NCBI GenBank assembly: GCA_009712635.1
Contig: WASS01000029.1
Span: 167,276 to 231,275, forward strand
Origin: Hungatella sp.
Lineage (GTDB): Bacteria; Bacillota; Clostridia; Lachnospirales; Lachnospiraceae
Reading direction: 5' to 3'
Length of the DNA stretch: 64,000 bases
The translations under genes were made by a program, and so were the position numbers. Shown piece by piece: positions 1-12,477 of this stretch (the stretch's first letter is position 1; every line of letters begins with the position of its first letter). Under the pieces are notes generated by a model. The model was given only the letters and a program-made list of their open reading frames with translations, did no database searches and was not told the origin of the DNA.

Positions 1-64
1 TAAGTCTTTCTGAATGAAGTACTGGCTTATGATTGATATAATCTTTTAAGCTCATAAGCCCCCC

Positions 65-541
65 TTAAAAATTGAAGACTTCTTCCCAGGCAAAACAGGC
101 GGATTCTTCTGTACTATTAGGCCAATTGTTGCACCATGCAGGCACACCAGGAGTTTCAACTCTGTCAAAACTTGGTGTATAGGGTTTAATATCAATCACC
201 GGGGTATTGTGGTTAGCGTCGATAAAAGGAATTTGAATGATCCCTCTTTCATAGTCAATTTGGATCACATCTACTGTGGTCAAAGCAATTGGATTAGGAC
301 GCAGCGGTGATCTTGTGGCAAAAACACCTATTACTTCGGGAGCGCCTTTATAGGGCTGCTCTGCCTGCAGCGTTGAGCGGGATTGATCATCATCAAAATC
401 GCTGAACCACCAGAAGATATTAATATTGCTGAATCCTTCCAATGCTTGCAGCGCTGGAATATAGTGTTCATATACCTCAATAAACGTGCCGTCATTGTTG
501 TTATGAACTGTTCCAATTGGTTTCACTGTAAAATTATTCAT
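65..541 (-). CDS. tsaA: tRNA (adenine37-N6)-methyltransferase, TsaA/YaeB family
   Basis: The ORF 65..589 carries the TsaA/YaeB fold pattern (KPIG.V....., RSP.RPNPI). I trimmed the start to the ATG (MNNFTV) that sits 8 nt downstream of a GGAGG. Confidence 0.65.
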   Translation of the reverse strand: MNNFTVKPIGTVHNNNDGTFIEVYEHYIPALQALEGFSNINIFWWFSDFDDDQSRSTLQAEQPYKGAPEVIGVFATRSPLRPNPIALTTVDVIQIDYERGIIQIPFIDANHNTPVIDIKPYTPSFDRVETPGVPAWCNNWPNSTEESACFAWEEVFNF

Positions 542-627
542 GTGTTTTTCCTCCATGTTCTTGATTTCAAGCAGAGCATAATCCCTCACACCATGTGAGA
601 GTCAAGTGAATAAAAAGAGGAATTGGG

Positions 628-1443
628 TTATTTTATTTTAAGTGGTATCTGAATCTCGATCAGATATTTTTCAGGACTGTTTTCATTCCACGGCCCGCGG
701 TGAACGATTTGTCTGGTTGGGGAGGACATTTCATATTGGCTGTTTTCATGCAGCCATTGTGCAAATGTAAGGTAAGCATCAGCGATATTTGAAAAATCTC
801 CGTATACCATTGTGCAGGCCATCATTGGTACCGGCTCAACGTTTCTAAACATAAAACCATCCATATTTTCCCCCTGTTTTTTAACAGGTGCACATAACTC
901 AACGTCTACATCTTTTTCCCTGTATTCGGTATCATAGTAGATAGAGAACGTATTTTTTGATATTTGTATCTGATGTTCAGATGCAAAGGCGGATAACTCC
1001 TGCCATAAATCACCCTCCGCGTAATAATCGGGTATTGTGCGGCGTAAGGAAAGAACCGGACAACCTGGTATGGATTTAATTGAAATGTTATAATGCATTT
1101 CACTTTTTTTATTTAACAGTTCGCTTTTTGCAAGCTTTATTTTATTTAATTTTTCCTGTTCAGCCTGGATTGTCTGTTCCACCTCCAGCTTCTTCCTGTC
1201 CAGTTGCGTTACTAGAGAAGAGTCATCCTCCATATTTAGAGCTGCTGCAATTTCTGATACTGTAAAACCGCTGTCACGAAGATAGATGATTTTGTTCAGA
1301 ACCGGTATCTGGTCTGCAGAATACATACGATATCCCGTCCAAGGGTCGATTTCAGCGGGTTTTAAAAGCCCTGCCTCATCATAATATCGGAGCATGCGAA
1401 TTGTTATTTGTGTCAGCTTTGAAAATTCACCTATCTGAAACAT
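628..1443 (-). CDS. MerR-family transcriptional regulator with C-terminal GyrI-like effector-binding domain
   Basis: The N-terminus has a MerR HTH (FQIGEFSKLTQITIRMLRYYDEAGLL) followed by a coiled-coil linker and a GyrI-like C-terminus. The ATG at 1443 is preceded by AAAGGGGGG. Confidence 0.8.
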   Translation of the reverse strand: MFQIGEFSKLTQITIRMLRYYDEAGLLKPAEIDPWTGYRMYSADQIPVLNKIIYLRDSGFTVSEIAAALNMEDDSSLVTQLDRKKLEVEQTIQAEQEKLNKIKLAKSELLNKKSEMHYNISIKSIPGCPVLSLRRTIPDYYAEGDLWQELSAFASEHQIQISKNTFSIYYDTEYREKDVDVELCAPVKKQGENMDGFMFRNVEPVPMMACTMVYGDFSNIADAYLTFAQWLHENSQYEMSSPTRQIVHRGPWNENSPEKYLIEIQIPLKIK

Positions 1444-1562
1444 CAATTTATCCCCCCTTTTGGATTTCCACCTTTATTATAAACAGGATCTAGTGATACT
1501 TCAATTTTTTTGTGAGTTGTTTATTTCATAAAAATCTGTTATTATAGTCGACATCTTGGTAA

Positions 1563-2993
<1,431 letters not shown>

Positions 2994-3022
2994 AAGTTTA
3001 CAAATAGTAGTTGATTTCATTG

Positions 3023-3116
3023 ACACTCCTGTGATAAGCTTTAGATAGTTCACAGGAGTGTTACTATTAAATTAGGCAAGTCTGCATCTGTTTTTGGTGC
3101 ATACTTGTTTTTTTTA
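3023..3116 (+). promoter_or_regulatory. RAT (ribonucleic antiterminator)/terminator module upstream of the GH88 operon (copy A)
   Basis: An 11-bp perfect hairpin (cactcctgtga..tcacaggagtg) is followed by the RAT-like sequence GGAGTGTTACTATTAAATTAGGCAAGTCTGC and then a weak hairpin with a T8 run. About 95 nt are near-identical to the module at 5532..5626. Confidence 0.6.
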
Positions 3117-3151
3117 TTATAAAAAGGCAGGGTTTTAAGAAAGGGGTATCT

Positions 3152-4285
3152 ATGAAATTAACAGTGAGCCAGGAATTGTGGGTGAATGAAACTCTAGAAA
3201 AAATCAAATCAAAAATGATTTTTGTTGCAGAACGCAATCAGAACAAGATTCCATATACGGCGGAGAACGGAGTTTTCAATGATTACTCCGAGGAGAAGAT
3301 TTACTGGTGGACCAATGGTTTCTGGCCTGGAATCATGTGGCAGATGTATCATGTCACCGGAAATAATCTGTATAAAGAGATTGCAGTAAAAACAGAGCAG
3401 AAGATGGATCAAAATTTTATGATGCCGGCAAAACTGGATCACGATAATGGGTTTAAATGGCTTCCTTCGGCAGTGGCTGATTATCGTATTACGGGAAGCC
3501 AGGATTCCCGGAACAGAGGACTACTGGCGGCAGAACTGCTGGCGGGACGTTATAATCCGGACGGACATTTCCTTCGTGCATGGAATGAATGGGGAGGAGA
3601 AAAACACCTTGGCTGGGCAATTATTGACTGCATGATGAATCTGCCGCTGTTATACTGGGCATGGAAGGAAACTGAAGACCCCAGATTCCGCCATATAGCG
3701 GTTAACCATGCAGATATGGCACAGACCTGTTTTGTAAGGCCGGATGGTTCGGTCAACCATATCGTTGAATTTAATCCGGAAACCGGAGAAATGATAAAAT
3801 CCCACGGAGGTCAGGGATACGAAGAAGGATCTTCCTGGACAAGAGGACAGGCGTGGGGGATTTATGGGTTTGTTCTAAGTTACAGGCATACACAAAAAGA
3901 ATCTTATCTGAATACTGCCAAGGTCATTGCAAATTATTTTATTGCCAATATTCCGGACAGCAGCCTGATCCCTGTGGATTTCGCCCAGCCACAGACCTGC
4001 AGCTGGGAAGATTCTACGGCTGCAGCCTGTTCTGCCTGCGCAATGATTGAACTTTCCAAATATGTCAAAGAATCTGAGAAGCATGTTTACATTCATTCAG
4101 CCATTCGTCTTTTAAAGGCACTGGATGAGAGCCGTTGTAACTGGAATCCTCACATGGATAATCTTCTGGAGAACTGCTCTGCAGCTTACCACGATACGAG
4201 ACACAATTTCCCTATGATTTATGCTGATTATTATTTTATAGAGGCCATTTTAAAATTAGCCGAAAAAGATTTATTTATCTGGTAA
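3152..4285 (+). CDS. unsaturated glucuronyl hydrolase (GH88)
   Basis: The protein is 377 aa, and from memory it is strongly collinear with Bacillus GL1 UGL (WTNGFW.GI.W, IIDC.MNLPLL.WA, SSWTRGQAWGIYGF, IELSKY vs LEIAS). Confidence 0.85.
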   Translation: MKLTVSQELWVNETLEKIKSKMIFVAERNQNKIPYTAENGVFNDYSEEKIYWWTNGFWPGIMWQMYHVTGNNLYKEIAVKTEQKMDQNFMMPAKLDHDNGFKWLPSAVADYRITGSQDSRNRGLLAAELLAGRYNPDGHFLRAWNEWGGEKHLGWAIIDCMMNLPLLYWAWKETEDPRFRHIAVNHADMAQTCFVRPDGSVNHIVEFNPETGEMIKSHGGQGYEEGSSWTRGQAWGIYGFVLSYRHTQKESYLNTAKVIANYFIANIPDSSLIPVDFAQPQTCSWEDSTAAACSACAMIELSKYVKESEKHVYIHSAIRLLKALDESRCNWNPHMDNLLENCSAAYHDTRHNFPMIYADYYFIEAILKLAEKDLFIW

Positions 4286-4302
4286 AAGAAAGGAATCATA
4301 TT

Positions 4303-5445
4303 ATGTCCATGAAGACCGAGGTAAGAACATACTGGTTAAATACAATGCTCAAAATCTCTCTGCCGGTACTTGTAAATCTGGCAAATGACAGTTTAAAGGC
4401 GCGCCTGCCCAATACAAATCCCAGCTGCCATAAAAATGCATTGCTGGAGGCATTTGGGCGTACCGCTTATGGGATCAGTCCATGGCTGGAACTGGAGGGC
4501 CTCACCGGAGAAGAAAAAAAGATGCAGGATTCCTGTAGGAAGCTTTTTCATAAGGCACTGGCCAACGCAACCGATCCGAAAGCCAAAGATTATATGTTAT
4601 TCGGGGGAGAAGAGGATGAAAGACAGCCTCTGGTAGATGCAGCATTTTTATGCAGTGCCCTGGTAAGAGCACAAAACAGTCTCGTTGGGAATATGAATGA
4701 TAAAACAAAGGAACAGCTGATCCGCTGCCTGATGATTACCAGAAGAATTCAGCCGTTAGATAATAACTGGGTCTTATTCAGCGCCATGGTAGAGACAGGT
4801 CTTTATCTTCTGGGAGGAGATTATGACAAGGACCGGATCCGTAACCATGTCCGTAAGATGCTTGGCTGGTATAAAGGGGACGGACTTTACGGAGATGGAG
4901 AGGTGTTTCATTTTGACTATTACAACAGCTTTGTCATACAACCAATGTTGCTGGATATCATGAATTGCTTTATAGATATGGAACAGGAGATGCTGCCCGT
5001 AGTCTGGCAGCGTTCAAAACGGTATGCAGCGATTTTGGAGAGAATGATTTCTCCGGAGGGGGCATATCCAATCGTAGGGCGTTCCGTATGCTACCGGTTT
5101 GGCGCATTTCAGACTTTATCGCAGATGGCACTGTACCACAGTCTTCCAGAGGAACTTACCCCTGCGCAGGTGCGCTGTGCCCTGACTGCAGTGATGAAAC
5201 GGATCATCAATGGACCTGGTATATTTGATGAAAACGGATGGTTGAAAACCGGTGTCAGCGGTTATCAGCCGGATTTGGGAGAGCGGTATATCAATACTGG
5301 AAGTCTGTATTTATGTACTACAGTATATCTGGTTCTGGGGCTTTTGCAGGAGGATCCGTTCTGGTCAGATGAGGATCAGCCATGGACTTCGCAAAAAATA
5401 TACTCCGGTCAAAATATGGCTGCAGATAAAGCCATCAAGTTATAA
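4303..5445 (+). CDS. DUF2264-like protein (probable GH154-family glycoside hydrolase partner of GH88)
   Basis: The gene is co-transcribed 17 nt downstream of GH88. My assignment to DUF2264/GH154 is from recollection, not from a visible motif. Confidence 0.4.
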   Translation: MSMKTEVRTYWLNTMLKISLPVLVNLANDSLKARLPNTNPSCHKNALLEAFGRTAYGISPWLELEGLTGEEKKMQDSCRKLFHKALANATDPKAKDYMLFGGEEDERQPLVDAAFLCSALVRAQNSLVGNMNDKTKEQLIRCLMITRRIQPLDNNWVLFSAMVETGLYLLGGDYDKDRIRNHVRKMLGWYKGDGLYGDGEVFHFDYYNSFVIQPMLLDIMNCFIDMEQEMLPVVWQRSKRYAAILERMISPEGAYPIVGRSVCYRFGAFQTLSQMALYHSLPEELTPAQVRCALTAVMKRIINGPGIFDENGWLKTGVSGYQPDLGERYINTGSLYLCTTVYLVLGLLQEDPFWSDEDQPWTSQKIYSGQNMAADKAIKL

Positions 5446-5531
5446 AAAACAATCAATACATACGGTTAAAAACTGTAAATGTGTACAAAATATATGAATC
5501 AATATTGGTTAAAATACCGATTGCCTTTGCT

Positions 5532-5626
5532 GCACTCCTGTGATAAGCTTTACGTAGTTTACAGGAGTGTTACTATTAAATTAGGCAAGTCTGCATCTGT
5601 TTTATTTGGTGCATGCTTGTTTTTTT
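5532..5626 (+). promoter_or_regulatory. RAT/terminator module upstream of bglG (copy B, near-identical to copy A)
   Basis: Same architecture as copy A: hairpin gcactcctgtga..tacaggagtg, then the RAT core GTGTTACTATTAAATTAGGCAAGTCTGC, then gcatgcttgttttttt. Confidence 0.6.
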
Positions 5627-5683
5627 GTTTTTAAACCATCTGTAGCATTATGTTTTTTACACATTGAGATCGAGGAAACTTTT

Positions 5684-6523
5684 ATGAAAATGGTTATTAA
5701 GCAGATATTAAATACAAATGCTGTGATATCAAACGATGAAGATGGACAGGATGTCCTGCTGCTTGGAAGCGGACTTGGATTTAAAAGCCGTATCGGCGAT
5801 GCCATCGATCAGGAGCGGGTTGAAAAACAATTTATTCTGAAAGATAAAAACCATAAAAGTCAGTTCCGGGAAATACTTGATACAGTGCCCCAGGAGTACA
5901 TCATGGTTGCAGAGGATGTCATTGATTTTGCAGTTCAGGTCTTTGATATGACTCTCAATGAAACCATTCATATTTCCCTGGTCGATCATATTTATCATGC
6001 AGTAGAAAATTTTCAGCAGGGGCTAGTCGTACCCAATTCCATTTTACATGATATCATACGGTTTTATCCGGACGAATATAAGGTGGGACAAAAGATGCTG
6101 GATTTGATAGAGTCCAAATTCGGTTACCGGTTATCCAATGATGAGGCAGGATTTGTGGCTATGCATTTTGTAACAGCCCGGCATAATCAGATCAGCGGAA
6201 ATGCGAAAAAGATGATTGTCATGGTGAGCGAACTCAATGATCTGATTATGTCAGAATTGAATTTTCAGGTGAAGGAAGATTCCCTTCCCTATTACCGATA
6301 TATGACCCATTTGAAATTCTTTGCCCAGCGTGTCATGAAAAAGTATTATTATAAAGAGCATGGCGGGGCGCGTATGTTAGAAGAGCTTCTTAGGAACTAC
6401 CCCGATGAATATCGTTGCAGCCAGAAAGTATGCCAATACATTGAAGATAAATATCATTACAAAGCAGGACACGATGAATTAGTATATCTGGCAGTTCATC
6501 TGTCACAATTAAAAAACAGTTAG
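5684..6523 (+). CDS. BglG/LicT-family transcription antiterminator (CAT RNA-binding domain + PRD1 + PRD2)
   Basis: The N-terminus MKMVIKQILNTNAVISNDEDGQDVLLLGSGLGF is a CAT domain, and two PRD repeats with conserved His follow. I trimmed the start to the ATG at 5684, because the track's TTG lies in the terminator U-run. Confidence 0.85.
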   Translation: MKMVIKQILNTNAVISNDEDGQDVLLLGSGLGFKSRIGDAIDQERVEKQFILKDKNHKSQFREILDTVPQEYIMVAEDVIDFAVQVFDMTLNETIHISLVDHIYHAVENFQQGLVVPNSILHDIIRFYPDEYKVGQKMLDLIESKFGYRLSNDEAGFVAMHFVTARHNQISGNAKKMIVMVSELNDLIMSELNFQVKEDSLPYYRYMTHLKFFAQRVMKKYYYKEHGGARMLEELLRNYPDEYRCSQKVCQYIEDKYHYKAGHDELVYLAVHLSQLKNS

Positions 6524-6528
6524 ATTTT

Positions 6529-6599
6529 GGCAGTGTTATGATTCAGTTCAGCAAAGCCTGGTTATTCTCTTAAATAATAGGGGATAACCAGGCTTTTTT
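6529..6599 (+). promoter_or_regulatory. RAT-like element overlapping an intrinsic terminator between bglG and the PTS/gusA genes
   Basis: The RAT-like sequence GGCAGTGTTATGATTCAGTTCAGCAAAGCCTGG overlaps the 5' arm of the hairpin aaagcctggttat..ataaccaggcttttttt. Confidence 0.55.
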
Positions 6600-6614
6600 G
6601 ATAAAAAATTTTAG

Positions 6615-8000
<1,386 letters not shown>

Positions 8001-8050
8001 TAGAGAATGGTGAATTATGACAGCATAAAAAGATAACAGGAGAGTGAAAG

Positions 8051-9853
8051 ATGCTGAATTTTTCAGAATTATACCCATGCAGCAATCAGGCAAGAATGGC
8101 CCAGCTGTTAGATGGTATGTGGAAATTCCGGTTTGATCCGGAGGAAAAAGGACTGCAGGAGGGCTGGCAGCGTAAGCTGCCAGACCCCATCTCCATGCCG
8201 GTTCCCGCTAGTTTTTCCGACTTTTTTACCACAAAAGAAGAACGGGATTTTTGCGGAGATTTCTGGTATGAGACAGAAGTATTTGTACCACGGGAGTGGG
8301 AGAAACAGGAGGTGGAAATCCGTTTCGGAAGCATTACCCACCGCGCAAGCGTTTATTGCAATGGCAGTCTGACAGCAACCCATGAAGGTGGATTTTTGCC
8401 GGTGGTTGCCAGAGTGACGGATCATGTAAAATTTGGTGAAGTAAATACATTTATCGTAAAGGCCAATAACGAATTAAATGAAGAGAGTCTTCCCTGTGGA
8501 ACCACCATGGTGCTTAGTGACGGAAGAAAACTGGCCAAGCCTTATTTTGACTTTTTTAATTACTCCGGAATTCAGAGAAGCGTATGGCTTGTTTCAAAGC
8601 CCACAGAATCCATCGAAGATTTCAGTGTGGATTATGAGTTAAATGGAGAAGATGCCGTTGTTCATTATCAGATTATGACAAATGGAGATCATGAAGTTTC
8701 ATTTGAATTATTAGATGAGAATAAACAGCAGGTAGCGAAAAGCACAGGCACAAAAGGAAGCGTAACTGTTTCCAAAGCCCATTTGTGGAATGTAGGAAAA
8801 GCCTATCTCTATCAGGCAGTCATGCGTATCTGGGATGGAGAAACACTGATTGATGAGTATTCCTCTAAAATCGGGATCAGAACAGTAAAAATAGCAGGAA
8901 AAGAAATTCAGATTAACGGAAAGGCTGTTTATCTGAAAGGATTTGGAAAACACGAAGATTTTGAAGTGATTGGTCGTGGCTTCAACTGGGGTGTTTTAAA
9001 GAGAGATTTTGAATGCATGAAATGGATTGGTGCCAACTGCTTTCGAACCAGTCATTATCCTTATGCAGAAGAGTGGTATCAGTTCGCAGATGAAGAAGGC
9101 TTCCTGATTATTGATGAGGTACCGGCAGTGGGAATGATGAGATCCACCAGAAACTTTGCAGATGCAGGAACCGGGAAATTTACCAGATTTTTTGAAACAC
9201 CTACCGTACCAAATCTGTTAAAGAACCATCTTCAGGCAGTGGAAGAGATGATTGTAAGGGATAAAAACCATCCCAGTGTAATTGCATGGAGTCTGTTTAA
9301 TGAACCGGAAACCACCAGCGAAGAGTCGAAAGATTATTTCACTGCAGTATTTGATGCCGCCAGAGCCTTGGATCCACAGAATCGTCCGATGACAGGGGCA
9401 TTTGAAAAGAACAGTCAGCCGGAACTGTGTAAGTGCTACCAGCTTTGTGATTTTATCTGTTTGAACCGTTATTACGGGTGGTATATCAAAGGAGGACCGG
9501 AGCTTGTTGATGCAAGGGAAGCCTTCTTAATAGAGATGAATAAGTGGAAAGATAAAAATTTGAATATACCGTTTGTATTTACTGAATTTGGTACGGATAC
9601 CATGGCGGCAGAACATAAACTTCCCAGTATTATGTGGAGCCAGGAATACCAGAACGAATATCTGGATATGAATTTTGAAATATTTGACCAGTTTGACTTT
9701 GTGCAGGGAGAATTGGTTTGGAATTTTGCTGATTTCCAGACAACAGAGGGAATCATGCGTGTAAATGGGAACAAAAAGGGGATTTTCAATCGGGTAAGAC
9801 AGCCGAAAAGTGCTGCTTTCGTATTAAAAAAACGTTGGGAATCATTGGACTAA
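8051..9853 (+). CDS. uidA: beta-glucuronidase (GH2)
   Basis: From memory it is collinear with E. coli UidA along its length (LDG.W.F, NNEL, HYPY, ARDKNHPSV.MWS..NEP, NRYYGWY, NFADF.T..G..RV.GNKKGIF.R.R.PK.AAF.L.KRW). It is 600 aa. Confidence 0.9.
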   Translation: MLNFSELYPCSNQARMAQLLDGMWKFRFDPEEKGLQEGWQRKLPDPISMPVPASFSDFFTTKEERDFCGDFWYETEVFVPREWEKQEVEIRFGSITHRASVYCNGSLTATHEGGFLPVVARVTDHVKFGEVNTFIVKANNELNEESLPCGTTMVLSDGRKLAKPYFDFFNYSGIQRSVWLVSKPTESIEDFSVDYELNGEDAVVHYQIMTNGDHEVSFELLDENKQQVAKSTGTKGSVTVSKAHLWNVGKAYLYQAVMRIWDGETLIDEYSSKIGIRTVKIAGKEIQINGKAVYLKGFGKHEDFEVIGRGFNWGVLKRDFECMKWIGANCFRTSHYPYAEEWYQFADEEGFLIIDEVPAVGMMRSTRNFADAGTGKFTRFFETPTVPNLLKNHLQAVEEMIVRDKNHPSVIAWSLFNEPETTSEESKDYFTAVFDAARALDPQNRPMTGAFEKNSQPELCKCYQLCDFICLNRYYGWYIKGGPELVDAREAFLIEMNKWKDKNLNIPFVFTEFGTDTMAAEHKLPSIMWSQEYQNEYLDMNFEIFDQFDFVQGELVWNFADFQTTEGIMRVNGNKKGIFNRVRQPKSAAFVLKKRWESLD

Positions 9854-9873
9854 TTATATAGAGGACTGAGCGA

Positions 9874-10404
9874 ATGGGATTTTTAGATAATTTATTTGGT
9901 AATAAAGAGAAAAAAGAATCAGATACGCCTGTTATTAAGAGCATAACTTGTGAACCAAAAACAATTTACAGCCCTTTAAAGGGAACTGTAATACCTCTTT
10001 CTAACGTAAGCGATCCGGTATTTGCAGAAGAAGTTATGGGACCAGGTGTTGGCATCGAACCAGAAGAAGGAAAGTTATATGCTCCGGTTGACGGTGAGAT
10101 TGTATCCGTATTTCCAACCGGACATGCAATTGGTATGACAACCGGGGATGGAATGGAGGTATTACTTCATATCGGCATCGATACAGTACAATTGGAAGGT
10201 GATGGTTTTCATGCTTTGGTAAAACAGGGAGATCATGTGAAAGCAGGGGAGCTGCTGGTAGAATTCGATTGTGCTAAGATTAAAGAGAAAGGTTATCAGA
10301 CTACCACTATGGTTCTGGTGCCCAATGCCGCTATGTTGGGGGCTATGAGCCAGCCAAAATTAGGTTCGGTTGAACCTCTGGAACAAATCTTTCATTTTCT
10401 GTAA
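9874..10404 (+). CDS. PTS glucose-family EIIA component
   Basis: It carries the EIIA-Glc fold motifs (PL.G....L..V.D.VF, GDGFHALVK.GD.V..G..L.EFD). Confidence 0.85.
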   Translation: MGFLDNLFGNKEKKESDTPVIKSITCEPKTIYSPLKGTVIPLSNVSDPVFAEEVMGPGVGIEPEEGKLYAPVDGEIVSVFPTGHAIGMTTGDGMEVLLHIGIDTVQLEGDGFHALVKQGDHVKAGELLVEFDCAKIKEKGYQTTTMVLVPNAAMLGAMSQPKLGSVEPLEQIFHFL

Positions 10405-10451
10405 TAACGTTCAGGGGAGTATTAACAGAGATAGAGAACACATTATAACAT

Positions 10452-10496
10452 AAAAATGCGGGCAGCTTTCATGGAAGGAAGCTGCCCGCATTTTTT
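10452..10496. terminator. intrinsic terminator after the PTS/gusA operon
   Basis: Stem aaaatgcgggcagc..gctgcccgcatttttt, followed by T6. Confidence 0.7.
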
Positions 10497-10525
10497 GTAC
10501 TTAATTAATTTATATGGGAATTACA

Positions 10526-10563
10526 TAAAAACATATTGACAAATATCAATATGTTTTTATAAT
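10526..10563 (+). promoter_or_regulatory. ars promoter (TTGACA-17-TATAAT) embedded in a perfect palindrome (probable ArsR operator)
   Basis: TTGACA lies at 10535-10540 and TATAAT at 10558-10563, exactly 17 bp apart. The 13-nt inverted repeat aaaaacatattga / tcaatatgttttt spans the -35 element and the spacer. Confidence 0.6.
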
Positions 10564-10620
10564 TAAGACATAGATAAATATCTATATCATAAATTCTGAG
10601 CATATAAAAGGGAGAAGACG

Positions 10621-10938
10621 ATGGATCAGCATGTAGATTATGCGTCAGTATTTAAAGCATTAGGAGATACAACGAGGCTAAAAATTATCGAGATGTTATC
10701 CTGTGGTGAACTTTGTGCATGTAATATTCTGGAATCTTTTGAGATTACACAGCCCACATTATCTTATCACATGAAGATACTTACAGAATGCGGGCTTGTA
10801 ATAAGCCGTAAAGAAGGATCCTGGATGCATTACAGCAATAATACCCAGTTAATTGAGCTGATTAAAAATTACTGGACCAATATTACTACAGAAAAGGAAG
10901 ACTGTATCTGTAAATATAAGAAAGCAGACGGGCGATGA
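10621..10938 (+). CDS. arsR: ArsR-family arsenite-responsive repressor
   Basis: It has a winged HTH plus the ELCACNIL As(III)-binding Cys pair. The RBS is AAAGGGAG. Confidence 0.85.
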   Translation: MDQHVDYASVFKALGDTTRLKIIEMLSCGELCACNILESFEITQPTLSYHMKILTECGLVISRKEGSWMHYSNNTQLIELIKNYWTNITTEKEDCICKYKKADGR

Positions 10939-11044
10939 GACAAATGACAAGTTGGACTGATATTTTTTGTAACACACCAGTTCAAGCTGCATAGTATATG
11001 CATATATGCTCATATAGATATTAACTAAGAAAGGAGTGATATTT

Positions 11045-11407
11045 TTGACAGATATTTTTAAGGCACTGTCTGAGGAAAGCAGGCTGCGAATCCTGACCCT
11101 GCTGATGGAACGGGAAATGTGTGTCTGTGAGATAGAAATTTGTCTGAATATGACACAGTCAAACGCTTCCAGACATCTTACGGTGCTGAAAAACTGTGGG
11201 ATTTTATACGGTTATAAGAAGGCGCAATGGGCATATTTTGGAATCAGCGACAGTTTTAAAAAGGAACATAAAGAACTGTGGGAGTATCTGCAAAAAAAGA
11301 TAGTTGAATTACCCACCTATGAGTCCGACCACGAACAATGCGAGAAGTACAGAACCGTTGATGTCTGTGCCAGTTCAAAAATAACTCAGGAAGGGGAGGA
11401 AGAATGA
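11045..11407 (+). CDS. arsR: ArsR-family repressor, second paralog
   Basis: It has an HTH plus the EMCVCEIE Cys pair. The start is ambiguous: GTG at 11036 has 0-nt spacing to AAGGAG, while TTG at 11045 has about 9-nt spacing. Confidence 0.75.
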   Translation: MTDIFKALSEESRLRILTLLMEREMCVCEIEICLNMTQSNASRHLTVLKNCGILYGYKKAQWAYFGISDSFKKEHKELWEYLQKKIVELPTYESDHEQCEKYRTVDVCASSKITQEGEEE

Positions 11408-12453
11408 AGAAAGAAAAATCAGCAGAGATTGGTTTTTTTCAAAGATATTTAACCATATGGGTAGCCCTATGTATGGTTGCAGGAGTATTAATCGGAAAAT
11501 TTTTTCCTGTGGTACCTGGTTTTTTCAGTCAGTTTGAATATGCAAATGTATCGATTCCTACAGCCATATTAATCTGGATTATGATTTATCCAATGATGAT
11601 GAAGGTGGATTTTGAAAGTGTGAAGTATGTGGGGAGAAATCCCAAAGGATTATATGTAACGTGGATTACAAATTGGTTAATAAAACCCTTCACAATGTTT
11701 GCAATAGCTTCTTTCTTTTTCTACGTTGTATTTAAGGGATTGATTCCTGCAGATCTGGGAAAAGAATATCTGGCTGGTGCCGTTTTATTAGGAGCTGCGC
11801 CTTGTACAGCCATGGTTTTTGTATGGAGCCAGCTGACCAAAGGCAATCCGGCCTACACCGTGGTGCAGGTAGCAACCAATGACTTGATTATACTGATTGC
11901 CTTCGTACCCATTGTCAAATTTTTGCTTGGAGTGAGTAAGGTATCTGTCCCCTGGGATACTCTTATTTTATCAGTCGTCTTATTTGTTGTGGTACCTTTA
12001 TTGGCAGGTGTCTTAACAAGAATGTATGTAAGTAAGAAAAAAGGAAGAGATTACTTTGAAAATCAGTTTATTCCCAGGTTCGATCAGGCAACAATAGCCG
12101 GTTTGCTGCTGATGCTTGTACTTTTATTTTCTTTCCAGGGGGATGTTATTTTAAATAATCCTCTGCACATATTACTCATAGCAGTGCCGCTAACTATACA
12201 GACATTTTTAATTTTCTTTCTGGCGTACCTTGCAGCGAAAGTACTTAAACTTCCTCACAATATAGCAGCCCCTGCGGGCATGATCGGCGCTTCCAATTTC
12301 TTCGAGCTTGCAGTTGCAGTAGCCATAGCTCTGTTCGGCATGGATTCTCCGGCAGCACTTGCCACTGTAGTCGGTGTTTTGACCGAGGTACCGATTATGC
12401 TTATACTTGTTAAGATAGCAAATAAGACAACTCATTGGTTTGAAACAAAATAA
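11404..12453 (+). CDS. acr3: arsenite efflux transporter, ACR3 family
   Basis: The N-terminus FFQRYLTIWVALCMVAGVLIG and about 10 TM segments are typical of Acr3. The start overlaps the arsR2 stop. Confidence 0.9.
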   Translation: MKKEKSAEIGFFQRYLTIWVALCMVAGVLIGKFFPVVPGFFSQFEYANVSIPTAILIWIMIYPMMMKVDFESVKYVGRNPKGLYVTWITNWLIKPFTMFAIASFFFYVVFKGLIPADLGKEYLAGAVLLGAAPCTAMVFVWSQLTKGNPAYTVVQVATNDLIILIAFVPIVKFLLGVSKVSVPWDTLILSVVLFVVVPLLAGVLTRMYVSKKKGRDYFENQFIPRFDQATIAGLLLMLVLLFSFQGDVILNNPLHILLIAVPLTIQTFLIFFLAYLAAKVLKLPHNIAAPAGMIGASNFFELAVAVAIALFGMDSPAALATVVGVLTEVPIMLILVKIANKTTHWFETK

Positions 12454-12477
12454 TATTAGAAAAGGAAGTATCAGAAT

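Noticed and set aside
8086-8425. Several 80-105-aa ORFs on both strands inside gusA.
   Set aside because: They lie entirely within a high-confidence GH2 CDS and have no independent signals.
11036-11044. The GTG at 11036 as the start of the second arsR.
   Set aside because: It has zero spacing to the AAGGAG RBS. The TTG at 11045 has canonical spacing, so the true start remains ambiguous. I report 11045 and flag the ambiguity.
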